A stretch of DNA of 64,000 bases, from IMG/VR virus record IMGVR_UViG_3300021255_000136, positions 17,434-81,433 of that record; one strand, written 5' to 3'. This DNA is from a virus (lineage: Duplodnaviria > Caudoviricetes). The notes under the pieces are model-generated. The model was not told where the DNA came from. It saw only the letters and a list, made by a program, of their open reading frames with translations, and searched no databases. Below are positions 32,301 to 37,630 of this stretch, in pieces (the first letter of the stretch is position 1; each line of letters starts with the position of its first letter). A program made the translations under genes and the position numbers.

Positions 32301-35300
32301 CTTTAAATGCATCACGCAGGCCTTGGTCTCTTGCGATCTCTCTGGCTTCCTTAATAGTAACAGAGTCCTGCTTCCTGTTGAGGATGGCCTTTACACGACT
32401 CTCTTCTTCAGTGTCGTCAGGAGATGACGGGAACTTACCGTTCTCATCAGCCTTTGCACGAGGTATAGCCAGAGGTTGCTGCTGTTCTGCTCTCTCTTCC
32501 CCGTGGCGATTCGGTGCTGGCCCTGTAGGTGTTGTGTTTGCGGGAGGAATAATTGCCGGTGCCTGATTCTCCTCGGGAGTACTACCTTCCTGTGCAACCG
32601 GTGCTGCAGGAGCAGCGGGTGTTGCATTCGCAGGAGGAATAACTGCCGGTGTCTCAGGTGCTGCAGGAGCCGCGTTTTCAACTGTAGTCGTCTCCGTATC
32701 ACCAGTGGTTTCTGACGGAGTATACCCAGCCTCTGCTGCGCGTTGTACAGCAGCAGCCACAGGTGTTACGGGAGACTCGGCAGCGTACTGCATCATCACC
32801 GGGTCTTTGGAATGGTCTAGAACAGAGTTGGTAAAATCTATACCAAGACCGCTTTTCAGCATATCGTTACCGATCTGCCTGTACGTTTGGTTGGTCTTGC
32901 CTTCTCTTACGGCATTACCGAAGCCCATCAGTGCACCACTGGCAAAACTGTCTGTTACAATGTCAGCGAGTTTTTTCTTTTCTTCCTGCTTCAGGATATA
33001 CTCGGCTTCTTCTGGAGTAATGTCAGATTCTTGAAGCAGTTCATTCTTTCTGGTGTGATACTCACTTCTCTCGCCTTCAATCCACTCCGCGATAGCATTT
33101 GTGAGTTTTTCTGTATTGAATTCTTCACTGGCCTCAACGAAGCCGGACGTAGACGTTTTTAATACGCCGTTAACTATATCGTTAAAGAGCCCGTTACTGG
33201 AGAGTTCAATATCCGGGATCTTATCGAATATGATATCAAGGGATACAGCTTCACTAAAGCCATCTGCAAAAGCACTGGCAAGAGCGTATTGGTTGGCTTT
33301 ATTTACATCTCCGGTACGTGCAAACGATTCTTGGAATGCATTTGCATAAGAAGCGCCGCCATAAGCCAGTGTCGTATACCCCCAGGAAATAGCTTTTGCT
33401 GCGGCTTCTGTAGCCAGCGCGGGAGCTGCAACCCCGGCAACTGATGCAAGAGCGCCAGCCATGCCAACAACGTATGTCGATTGCATAGCACTCTGTAAAG
33501 CTTTAGGCAATGTAGCCGCTGAAAGTGTAGTCTCACCGAAGAACGGGATATTAATATTTTTCTGCCAATGTTCTCCCAGTTCGCCATAAAGCCCGGCATT
33601 AACAGCGTCCATAAGTTCCATAACAGTTGGATTAGCATAAATCGGAACTTCGCCGGTACGTTTGGCCTCATTATAAAATCCGATTGAATCAGTTATGCCA
33701 AAGCCTAGAGCTGTTGGTATACCGGTGACAAATATTGAGCCCAGCAGATATGCCGCTCCAGCCGCATCGCCCCAGTTGCGCTTCCCGTCGAACAGATTAC
33801 CGGCCATTGCTGCGGAGAAGTCCTGTACCGCTTTGACTCTGGCCTCATGCGTTTCACCGTCATGGAGTCTGTTCTGGTCCTTTGCATACTCGAGAGCCGT
33901 CTGCAGCTCACCGTTGCCGATGTAGTAGGCATAGGTCTGTAACTCAGTATAAGACCACGTATCATTCGGGAGTACGTTGCCTACACCGAAACGCGCTATG
34001 TACTGTTCCGCTTCTTTCTTCTGAGTATCGGTCAGTCCAGGGATGACATCCAACAAGCCAGTTACGCCCTTTAGTTGCTGCTGGTATGCCTGCTGCGCGT
34101 TTGGATTGATAGTATCTTGATCGATCCTCTTAGATCCGCGAATAGCCATAGCCAAGTCAGCGAATCGTTCACCGGCTTTTACTTTATCCTGATAATTCTT
34201 ATCACGCTGGATATCTACGCCATAAACCCCGTGGCCTTGTTCGTCCACGCCGACCTGTACCTGAATACCACGGAAAGATTTCTGATAGCCAAGCTCTTCG
34301 TTCTTCTGGTCGATGGCCTTCTGATACTCTGGATGTGCTGCGTCAAAATTTGTCCAGAGCGTATTGAGAGTGGACTCGTTACCGGATTCCCACCAACTCG
34401 AGTTAGGCTTATTTCCGTTGCCAAGAAGATAGTTAGCGTACTCTGTTATAGACTGGTTCAGTCTGGCGTCGTATTGTCCGGACGCCGCAGTATCAAGCAG
34501 ATAGTTTGCAAAAGCCTGTTCTCTTTCACCAACCAGCCCGCGATTACCGGAAGCGTATTCCGGATAGGCTTTAAAGAAGTCCATGTCCAGCTGTTCCTGG
34601 AACCGACTATTAAGCCCCTTAGCATTTCCAAGTCCGTGCTCCTCTTTCCATTGCTCAGAGAAGTCGGTGTAATCCGCGTTCCAGTCATCCATGCTGTAGC
34701 CGAGTTCTGCTTTTGTCTGGGCAATTATATTCTCCAGACCACGGCCAGAGTTGTCGCTGATAAGGCCTATTGCCGAGTTGTAATAGTCACGGGCCTTCTG
34801 AGTTTGTAATTCATTCTGGAAGAACTTAGCTCTCTTGGTCTGCTCGTCTGTCAGCTTAGTATCGTCTTGAGAAGAACTATATTTCTTTTTCTCTTCCAGA
34901 ACTGCTTTCTGCTGAGCAATCAGATCGTTATAGAGCTTTACGTTCTCGTCATTCGGATCTAGGACATCATCTATCTGACTATCCAACGCAACGATCTGCT
35001 CGTCAAGTTCGTTATACTGTCGCGTCCAGTATGACTCATACAGGGTGTCGCTGATTTCGTTCTGAAGCTTATCTCTCGCAATGCGGGACTCGGTGAGCGT
35101 GTCGTATTTACCGAAATACTCTCCGGTTTCACGATAATGTTTGGCTGCTTCTGAACGGGACAAGTACTGCCATTCGCCGTTCTCGTCTTTAACCATAGCC
35201 GGGACGTTGACATATTGCCCGTCGTCATAGACCATGTACGCATCGAAAGCATCTTCCAGCTCGATATCGTCGTCTTCCTTGTCCGGTCCGAAACCGACAA

Positions 35301-37611
35301 AGCGTTCATGAAGATTTATGTTGCCATCGCCGTAGACGACGCCCATTCCGTTCTCCATGGCATTGTAATCCGCTACCTGCCGCTGGAGATAATCCGCATA
35401 TTCCTGCGCAGCTGTCTCCGGATTAGCCGCATAGAGATCGGCCTTCACCTTATTGAGTTCTGCATCCCACAGCTGTGTGTTTGCATAGTCCAGTGCTTTC
35501 TGTAGGAATGCCGGATCGGATTCATCACCGAAGGCTTTTCCGTAACGACGGGTTGCATCCTGCAGTTGATCGCTTGCATCATTCCTCGCCGTTCTTGCTT
35601 CGCCTAATGCCTTCTGTGCTTCGTTCGACGCTGTTATGGAAGCTTCATACTGCTCCCACAGTACATTATAATCATCAACCATCTGCTTGGTGATCTGCCA
35701 CTGCTGGAGACTGTTGAACTTCTCATTCTCTGCTATTATCTTTTCTTCGAGCTCCTTATAGGCAGTGTACTTGGCGTCGGCATCTGCTTCTAAGGTATCG
35801 TATGCCGTAGCCGCAGTATCGTATCTTACCTGGGCTTCATCAAGAAGTTTCTCTGCAGCGGTATCGTGGTAGTAGTGTGCCTGGTCCTGCTCGATCTGGA
35901 ATGCATACATTTCTGCGGAAGACTCGCTATCAAACTTGCCAAGCTGTTCGCCTGTAGCCTTGTAGTGGTCCTCTGCTTCCTTTTGGGATACATGCTTCCA
36001 CTCCCCATCTACTTCGATCACAGTGGGGATAAGCACGTACTGATCGCCATCCTGGATAACTACAGAGTCTACAGTAGAGTACGTGCCGTCGACATTCGTC
36101 AGTACAGGGCGGGCGTTAAGATCTATGTTACCGCCAGCCGTACCGTAGTCAGCTTCTGTTGATGCAGGAGTGAAGTACCCAAGAGCAGACTGCAAAGACT
36201 CTACAGTAGCCTGCCAATCTTCTACCGTTTCGTTACCAAGGAATGCAGCCTTGATCTTTCTGTCATTATTCAGATTCGTTGCAGTATTCAGGTCGTTGGT
36301 GTACTGCTCCTCAATACGTTTCCGCTCTGCAACAGCCTCATCAAGATCAGCCTTTGCTTCTTTCTCAGCGTCCAGTACGCCGAAGTCATACTCCGCGCCG
36401 CTGTTCCTATAATTATCTGCGTCGAGATGCGCCTTGTCATATGCGGCCTGTGCCTTATCTACAGCATCGTTAGCGGTCTTTATGTCCGCCTGATACTGAG
36501 TAGTAAGCGGAGTCGTATCGATCATGTCGTACTGCCGCATTTCATTGTCGTATGCAACGAGAGCATTGAACAGGCCTTGAATACTAGGCCAGTTTTTGTC
36601 AGGATCGCCTTGGGCCAGCTTCTGGATATCCTCAAGAGTATACCCGGCTTCTTCAGCGCCCTTCATTTCGTCCGTGCCCCACTTGGACCCGAATTCATTT
36701 GCATCCGCTAGAACATTAGCCGCCCACTTAATAACTTCTTCGCGCTTCTCAGGAGTGTTGTATTTGTCGCCCTCATTGACAATGAAGTCAATAACAGCAT
36801 TAACCTGAGGCGTCATAGCGTCCTGCCATTTTTCGATACCAGTTTTCCCGCCTGGGTCGTTGGTATAGTTCCGGACATCGCCTTCAAGAACTTCGTCCTC
36901 TCCGGTAGGCATTATCCAGTAGTTAGGATCACTCTCTGGGGGGAAAGACCTGCCGCCATTCTGGAAGTACTTCTCATATCTGGCCTGCTCTGCGGCATTA
37001 GCCTGAGCAATCTGGTCGGCTTCTTTCTTCTTTTCTTCGGAGAAAGTATCACCGTCCATATTCGCCACGACGTTCTTGAGCCAGTCGGGCCAGGTATCCA
37101 TACCTTCCATGATCTTCTCGCCGTTCGACTCCGTGGCTTTCTCGGTCTGAGATTCAGTGGCCTTCTCCCCTGCGTGGCTGGCAGCTTCAGTATTCTTGGT
37201 CTCTTCTGGCTGCGTTACAGTATTATCCTCAGTCTCTTCCTGGATTGGAGTTTCTGGAGCAGACGTCTCGGTATTGGAAACCTCTGATCCGTCCCCATCG
37301 TAAGAGTCATCGATAGGATTAGTATTAGAAGGGGTATCTGTTTCCCATGAATAATTATCGCTATCATTCGAACCGTTATCACTTGGGAAAAGAGTCTCCG
37401 GCGCATTAGATGGGTCATAAGAATTCGTAATCGGATTAATCTTATCCGTACTGTTATAATCCGCAGTTGGGGTATACGAGTCCGCCCGGTCCATTGCGTC
37501 GTAGTCTATATCATACGACTTCGTCTCAGGAGTTGGAGTTACGGAAGGTACTGATATATTATGGTTACCAAAATCTTTTTCTTTACCTAGTTCATCTTTT
37601 ACTAGCGCCAT
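14320..37611 (-). CDS. giant (7763 aa) polyvalent virion/ejection protein: two ART-PolyVal-like, two HExxH metallopeptidase, LPD23-like, RelE/PBECR-like and Gp88-like modules and a helical C-terminal region
   Basis: Uninterrupted 23.3-kb ORF with AGGAG RBS. Motifs LWHGS...LYANLKNP...GYDGVIF and AFHGT...VYLKMEN...GYDSI; HEISH (28009-28023); HEIQH (19966-19980); TGWFRGVDGKWKWEI; WRYLAMLGNPRTHIRN. It is the last gene of the virion operon. Confidence 0.9.
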   Translation of the reverse strand: MALVKDELGKEKDFGNHNISVPSVTPTPETKSYDIDYDAMDRADSYTPTADYNSTDKINPITNSYDPSNAPETLFPSDNGSNDSDNYSWETDTPSNTNPIDDSYDGDGSEVSNTETSAPETPIQEETEDNTVTQPEETKNTEAASHAGEKATESQTEKATESNGEKIMEGMDTWPDWLKNVVANMDGDTFSEEKKKEADQIAQANAAEQARYEKYFQNGGRSFPPESDPNYWIMPTGEDEVLEGDVRNYTNDPGGKTGIEKWQDAMTPQVNAVIDFIVNEGDKYNTPEKREEVIKWAANVLADANEFGSKWGTDEMKGAEEAGYTLEDIQKLAQGDPDKNWPSIQGLFNALVAYDNEMRQYDMIDTTPLTTQYQADIKTANDAVDKAQAAYDKAHLDADNYRNSGAEYDFGVLDAEKEAKADLDEAVAERKRIEEQYTNDLNTATNLNNDRKIKAAFLGNETVEDWQATVESLQSALGYFTPASTEADYGTAGGNIDLNARPVLTNVDGTYSTVDSVVIQDGDQYVLIPTVIEVDGEWKHVSQKEAEDHYKATGEQLGKFDSESSAEMYAFQIEQDQAHYYHDTAAEKLLDEAQVRYDTAATAYDTLEADADAKYTAYKELEEKIIAENEKFNSLQQWQITKQMVDDYNVLWEQYEASITASNEAQKALGEARTARNDASDQLQDATRRYGKAFGDESDPAFLQKALDYANTQLWDAELNKVKADLYAANPETAAQEYADYLQRQVADYNAMENGMGVVYGDGNINLHERFVGFGPDKEDDDIELEDAFDAYMVYDDGQYVNVPAMVKDENGEWQYLSRSEAAKHYRETGEYFGKYDTLTESRIARDKLQNEISDTLYESYWTRQYNELDEQIVALDSQIDDVLDPNDENVKLYNDLIAQQKAVLEEKKKYSSSQDDTKLTDEQTKRAKFFQNELQTQKARDYYNSAIGLISDNSGRGLENIIAQTKAELGYSMDDWNADYTDFSEQWKEEHGLGNAKGLNSRFQEQLDMDFFKAYPEYASGNRGLVGEREQAFANYLLDTAASGQYDARLNQSITEYANYLLGNGNKPNSSWWESGNESTLNTLWTNFDAAHPEYQKAIDQKNEELGYQKSFRGIQVQVGVDEQGHGVYGVDIQRDKNYQDKVKAGERFADLAMAIRGSKRIDQDTINPNAQQAYQQQLKGVTGLLDVIPGLTDTQKKEAEQYIARFGVGNVLPNDTWSYTELQTYAYYIGNGELQTALEYAKDQNRLHDGETHEARVKAVQDFSAAMAGNLFDGKRNWGDAAGAAYLLGSIFVTGIPTALGFGITDSIGFYNEAKRTGEVPIYANPTVMELMDAVNAGLYGELGEHWQKNINIPFFGETTLSAATLPKALQSAMQSTYVVGMAGALASVAGVAAPALATEAAAKAISWGYTTLAYGGASYANAFQESFARTGDVNKANQYALASAFADGFSEAVSLDIIFDKIPDIELSSNGLFNDIVNGVLKTSTSGFVEASEEFNTEKLTNAIAEWIEGERSEYHTRKNELLQESDITPEEAEYILKQEEKKKLADIVTDSFASGALMGFGNAVREGKTNQTYRQIGNDMLKSGLGIDFTNSVLDHSKDPVMMQYAAESPVTPVAAAVQRAAEAGYTPSETTGDTETTTVENAAPAAPETPAVIPPANATPAAPAAPVAQEGSTPEENQAPAIIPPANTTPTGPAPNRHGEERAEQQQPLAIPRAKADENGKFPSSPDDTEEESRVKAILNRKQDSVTIKEAREIARDQGLRDAFKAITGIELTGTIKNMADQIRSAKAGLAAEVKNGSSEAEGVSENAPEVTKEELTPEQQKYNENYDNLVKLNQEQTGLEDRLEKLQQNGRAATIFSTIARTGKKVPTIFGNGVAYEKQLANGKNIHIEFADGDKHHLFPRAFIYNGDGTITGFNAGAKGKTQTFKSQAEYVASYNYKQEDGIDQTIEKIGNANKDVADILNGWYDSAVEKLQNKLNDVRGKYNDAMQYLLAHTSDAPSVTSGATSETTGTTTEEATAPVEPASVDQTPASPITEQAPEVAEAEQQNEAPATPVIPTKEQFDDQQNSGKEDASAPGKDKKPIDLTGKTKAERIAGLEEAQNNVYNASDKFTRLNDAKDAFALFSMMDQAKDVDHWTNSNNFGYEWTLADGTVIHVDSPYDLRALAESGFSREEIDKQRKKYFNGGLDKATKAPTDVAVEAWINFSDGTTIDLGDAGNRKKGVSEKTDYATLWYGIDFVLHELNKHSETKSFVDEAMGNFETMRQQAETERNDARQYLKDYRAAMADSSNGKQYSVGKDTKQEQSTVDGTELSRNGEPSADTQKGEPLRVQNPQDTTTDTETATEGTTARTHTEGTPTPGPTEGNGETDYRGFDKGEQAREITSLAQDIRNRWNSRMQAVAENGTRIQAEIAEIYERMKNNQSRPNDASRLKYLEQQQANNTAKTGDIARDIGKLALMVREFDPGMFNAIVLENGEGMFKTMPNWFFNAVNEFDHEARQNTESMAYLYAKTQNPNSIVLSDIGTTLHDKYGLDAGTAADVQSFLEGILKGSARITYKSIQEFAAQDFMKDYNTRNAIYNYILNTVGQQSEDLLKVIQTGDINDVLNNTWKFFRLANANIEQREARSAGISQNNEREYRGQQQMNRSMGYTQGSYGPTPTPVHANDNLAQLMQARQQAQLGGTNNPNIEAFRMDVIPPANTSMPGAATENRAPRVQSSKTTTKTESKAAQPAPRLDPQTRIASYQASIPQSAKDVAGRQIKIGRRTYNVYSYYNMRHAQNSNVTLDVAAKEFKLILDGAGQNAAINWVAKTEGTDTGAAVVKKGDKADTTEKPKNPKEQKVKNLDEELEKKLGAREVHPRSWEDKVRLNPSFPWKTRREFVESEVSKGKSAEEAHLQFDMMMDRAANDTFGTMEVEYGITVTKPDRTASNKTAEKAKSTKSEPKKSTSKKSAPKTQTAPQPFRVPNVGATVESTQREIASLTSERDRIYNDPKGNAERLQEVERKLAAAQEDLATLQSRHGGTDNDIRPNDSTPAERSVNPDDSGAAGTVSAGQVGSAESEAQNSGGGEGISGAEESSDGRDLRGRRVNATLLDLSGEKKRDTIEYNHGFVVYDSFSDDESVLTNEERSAVRRAQSAGVERVFFVDADGLYSLIRDENGKVINRTPFDGVVFNNHGMDTMIINVNRDIKNAHHEISHEMLKKLNDAERSKYLKKAIGAIFKGKKSLFDRLYDYYSGLYKDAYANKSPEEFEQAVLNEMYADLVNGIDRMSWMHGVSLIQSDMPTYQRLAQKFELDNKLVEYATSEAAQTQDYSDFVKGKQYSLSQPVTMDGDNVAEDNQGASLSRGQLEYFKGSRVRDNLGRLLKLWHGSITHATQNIFDPQWAADHLSFFAVDDPRIAGSYSGTMREVNPMREMTEVPGIEEMDDNELGDFLAKRAEEETGYSDGYGRVFVENELYDNVENLYTLAHSLDTLMALAPYSKDFLNAAQRIRNLMEAAAGDADNYFEGVIEQAKIARDHLPEIAEIAPSLKRFIDKIMNQLEEELDNFEYLYDELYDAYENNESVFEFDGEMVSREDAIELAQQFAPPTVEDFTTRGNRPLYANLKNPYIYDAEGGIWSRLSDKDGIRAYLERIGNPKQQENFLFREDIPGTMTTNGVVNWAHAHGYDGVIFRNIEDVGGKDDGTLDGTLATIVVGFESNQFKDPDNKNPTNDPDFRFSISSAQDWYENATEDERKVEMASIRTFGITSNYRHGGYIIPQGQMLNFSGSHELRPQDRQTYEKFQENRTVDHREIANVYKSVGIDVGTNMQDKGMVEFMRQGNIRMQPEAPGVHLFKTTAPTTEQLATIEKYIEWAQQNRRVHGSDTFMVDIMDDNGNNAESKTFKLGQSADDITDEIAYYYEHGSFKRKYVSPFAMFFSLSVDDWKDSTRSSTVKVVDAATEIFGTTPYFCYGGYITPYGDMLDFSGIDQQMDSLLAMGEPAEEVEEMRTWMKNNPNGMRTGGATHSTVEKAYKQSGVKLLPDNNNYRSDFIERGNVRIAAEGPAIEASAGAELTDVQCEKLLDYIKWVFSHKDWPGSSQWAKDPKLTVEINGGYGTTFYDFSTSPESIVMDIKEKAASPKKNYVSNLSMFFSLSSGASEIETNGDSANKLYSLSTWNASDYVTDREKAITALVEQLGVTYEQAEKWVDDVNSVAKMIAEDKGRLDYKDTGKSPFVSNAEYGGSFDFTTLCKKRRLLTGTFSAIQNALPNTVLTPFDVLSIRAMMDDAGLEVSCGKCYVEGSRATMGIFTKEFLKLYEKYHPGEWVPNMAQMNTPDGIEWVRQNHPEVYEEYEYFWNHYGTLRKGDKNLFASQQKPKLYQMRSAYKGEIRQHFEDADMIREKNRNGGIRMQSFSDFEIVHLIDAMQVITDMSRVGLQGQAYTKVPDFAWALGDTGLKINLSIDAWSVDENGKLVFNNKEGMNFDTAMELRNAYPRNVGTICCVYDDAQLLAALADDRIDFIIPFHRSQWKKAQYKAMGLPATTKDYTYQQNEKWLNPKEHTHKWQGRDVPTKCTNYMPNEYWDFSKSGKENAEKYLGMCARDGKRPKFYKFLTDNKDGSYSLKEDGSTDGYWKLLIDFKMYDNNGNGSPQLPVRPIFNMDQVNRMLNSYDENPNVFPVAHGIVDKFVAQYKEQHPGMQYSLSKSDQQYMDAVKSDDMETAQAMVEKAAKKAGYKKEAFHGTQSFGFNEFRMISANELGVHFGTRAAAEAFYNNLYNNLGDNPGIYDVYLKMENTLRTPDVWGDPMALKNMMDDVDDWIEDGYIPRRAVNTKWTKANSKKLKEALVRNEAYDQYEADAQRWQDALYNEGEFEGAAVTDDDLDDLGRIANLSAQKYLLGLGYDSIRYINEMEDAGNESYIMLNAENIKRADAVTYDDDGNIIPLSQRFDDSNRDMRFSVAKNVVDVNGQTYDEVVYMDTDLKSRYFRNAEFNNFVMNNFAGMEIGTVSDYGVPETIVFADAKDKDVSKHGNAHHPLTELTYGRGRNRTTRMVYLNAPEVVQISKFEGYSEQDTDPRENHQWMDRNGFEYRKAYVMDRQNIYPVILSIAQADDGRSILYHAMMQKNNAVGVAFQPTSRNNPNIDFNGENQDWFARHPIASNNSIPQDGEGVNKQYSISAGMTEDERYEELKDRTITAVVDTKSQDYAEELSELEAESIAKSRAEKVIYPLAEKLGILNRALSSPEVEIEFLFSKNGGLRESLHKQLRTGGTYLDFAKALINIDDLLNSAVLIEAHTDKYAGTKRESRNLIDTKVLLSVFKDENSLVPVQFEIKNTSNDGGKLYMTVALAKIKADVTGRTEESKTPASALVSATYSIADIFKNVNPQDGHFLKYIPNQFLDDEQIAAKNEAVDEDNRRIDRYKTSEQRDMDPMYSIAVSDPDTLNFLNDQLENGDVVYTYKSFLEYEDENGDPYLIAPMAGVQKDETGKKSQSHALRPGVWEESVGNPNSKSLGKKVNDKTGEVSWTYGLEKSDVDGSVVPAAYNPYQHSSDVVLNDQFSIAYKRPNLVTYMCAIPKSELTSGYHFGVTDPEKATRSDGDIVTAKDAVGMHDWKSGSLASQLENTQRHVYLSRWLMPVRKLSNIEVAQQYKEILDREAPGLGVPFNVVPSGLLSALQEVGVPIDLTGTGLSEANYRKYLSEVNAAREEAGLEPFPYSYQTKAERDAAKKERKSAQAVRDEVDRIEKRFSLAGPAAKGADLGKLESAEQREIAGYSRDEIWKDTGWFRGVDGKWKWEIYDKDFTIRPAVLDQEWNAAIQSSLGNAENYRSEYKLPEVLRNAGMLFANYPDLKNYTVVFTEMPSNVRGEFDPSSFTITIALDDLVGYLSEAERDVRSTLMHEIQHAIQYMEGFASGSNLEAWDDQIDVNGKRVPYTPKDRAKKALEAMKLYIPADGLNRLYAMAETRNEMLHLTLQDFQKNGQLYYEKKREDYQKELLWAIGEYGLGEVADFLSNYDLSQSRNRSHKNDSDYDLYRNTAGEIEARDVQSRLEWGAERRRRNAPKYSRDAIFNTVNSWGVAGSYSLSIDPNAAYDAFGDEVEISNTNPTDLTQSELSPNLYYSDDTAYYQLDSGETVVMENVGGDSPEAQYINYLEAMNNANSTDRTTTQPYTIPPANRDVDTGYRLREQDAGLRRGTEEVPAQDQEGTSRRTGDNGELYEQSQPQSEAQEGVSKQFSVGFENPMRENATGDQTFTFRNASGQQITTLDTFPINSFEYNYLLNANQNDPFKLEDIVNEYVNRNGPQALADSFERLKGVVDYADDLTEEKKEQLHKAIDSAIKKYGKLPKGRGDKKDDVHLPKKSADNTAVRKHMQTVAANVENEHLTERMLYEGMTNELLGYTPQSNARSIRLARSILSNRFNGNFDQAMNTFSAMVESGELPRAEWIALAELLIQEFSSDPNTYDKAVKVAADLSILGTNLGQAVQAMSIIKKATPQGQLYYINGVINHLNATYAKRIENPKNKMQRITLNQELAERLMAATSRQEISDIMELIKKDIADQIPATIMDKWNAWRYLAMLGNPRTHIRNFVGNAAFMPAVFMKDLILRRLEQIPGIIDPEYKMHVPGAELTGWVGLFGKESDNTYVRFAQRDYATMQDVVAGKRTGNKFNDISDILNKRDIFGWAPLDKLSKKNGEFLEKSDFAFQKRYYVRALAEALQAQGVSEEDLLKAMEVGEENSEEPTIFNTREGREMLNKARQYATMQAQRDTYHELNTFAMALNRFKSTSGPIGNVLMEGLLPFVSTPANILVLGAAKYSLPGFIKSLVDLKAALKNGDGNTMQILDNMAAGLTGTGVMILGALLASAGLLRGGGTGDDDKDKMKKLQGHQNWAVEFTVDGKKVSYTMDWMAPMSMPLFVGATIYNLVSGQVDLSTPSNLWTALMGIADPMLAMSMLDGFENTLSSLAYSSDVNGISALLAAMTTSYFAQGMPTFFGQIARTADPDRRATYTDKNSPMPGALQRFVQNSIQSKVPGWASQKMAYVDAWGRTDTNDSWFLRALENFLSPGYANVINETPVDAELMRLYEATGDNSIIPKQLSKSFKTDEGLKDLTAEEFEQLMKVAGSAAYQICFEVMTDPVYIQADDAGKLAMMQQAFDIAKDFGRHTVSDHYALDMTKQTALKVGAADYITTKYNLPNAYSNDDLFQLLAVTPSLTTEQIADMVSAEFAPPRELSSVGNVGYVYEITDEDKAAMRDIFNEEIRAEMRKLENSQDYAEADDRERGYLINDAYNRARETTKERYSEILDNSSRAMEVGRASQAGKEKFNVAINMDGTVAEQAAYLADSYAVPSKIDNPDKKGFVINLTDAQKRDLDKEFAAAWDKEYAETLNSSAYRLAETEEDREAIVAARFNATASKVEEAFARNLSATGQVKTQFTMTADQAGEDGDFFIEDDADEYAVEALADVKAGYKWTEAYQIALDNFSTVEEQVRWMAGKMTGASSIDNPDQIGHKMVLSTDQKNTEARHEQERFIDVAIQMMNSAEFKALSFNEQAGALRDLDNAVAKLEEGKYARWLIDNSIPYEDKRDVTASRNDVFFSMLFNDKLTREEQFDLLQQRYTSKVGTSVKNNTLSYVERAHRVEAYMDYMEQNFDAFTSKYLTDDQEVAMIDRIASAFEGSLHKSGMSTSGNQTARDFGIVRKVSDEQDRANKADPNWGFNRWMSQPLDFTRDLGTSGTQTTPFVIPPNTQASSTTTPAQSSSSRATSSNGRKLDYNMHWSDYEKITNNRRK
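18984..19205 (-). CDS. 73-aa gene nested in the +1 frame of the giant gene
   Basis: GGAGG 9 nt before ATG; amphipathic protein-like sequence; the host frame here is a low-complexity linker. Confidence 0.55.
   Translation of the reverse strand: MPTVLTEPQRNLIQYLLQIGMSILDIVSVNRMLAYDEERKKFLRRIKKEHLDAQETMENCMNRVNRRVKRRKV
28335..28526 (-). CDS. 63-aa gene nested in the +1 frame of the giant gene
   Basis: GGAGG 8 nt before ATG 28526 (MIFDRMIVRLPNG...); the host frame here is a G/S/D/R-rich linker. Confidence 0.55.
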   Translation of the reverse strand: MIFDRMIVRLPNGASIPMTQEQLELYQQGKWDPLNPKPRTAEEEKEYQGRKKALMDEIFGDDE

Positions 37612-37630
37612 TACGCATTATCTCCTTTTA

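Noticed and set aside
14399-36808. Many plus-strand ORFs antisense to the giant gene
   Set aside because: They lack RBSs and have the hydrophobic V/L/I bias expected for the antisense of a gene with a strong codon bias.
14320-37611. Virion RNA polymerase (N4- or crAss-like) as the identity of the giant protein
   Set aside because: I found no NADFDGD/DxDxD or T7-type polymerase motifs; the SYDGDG in the acidic N-terminus is low-complexity.
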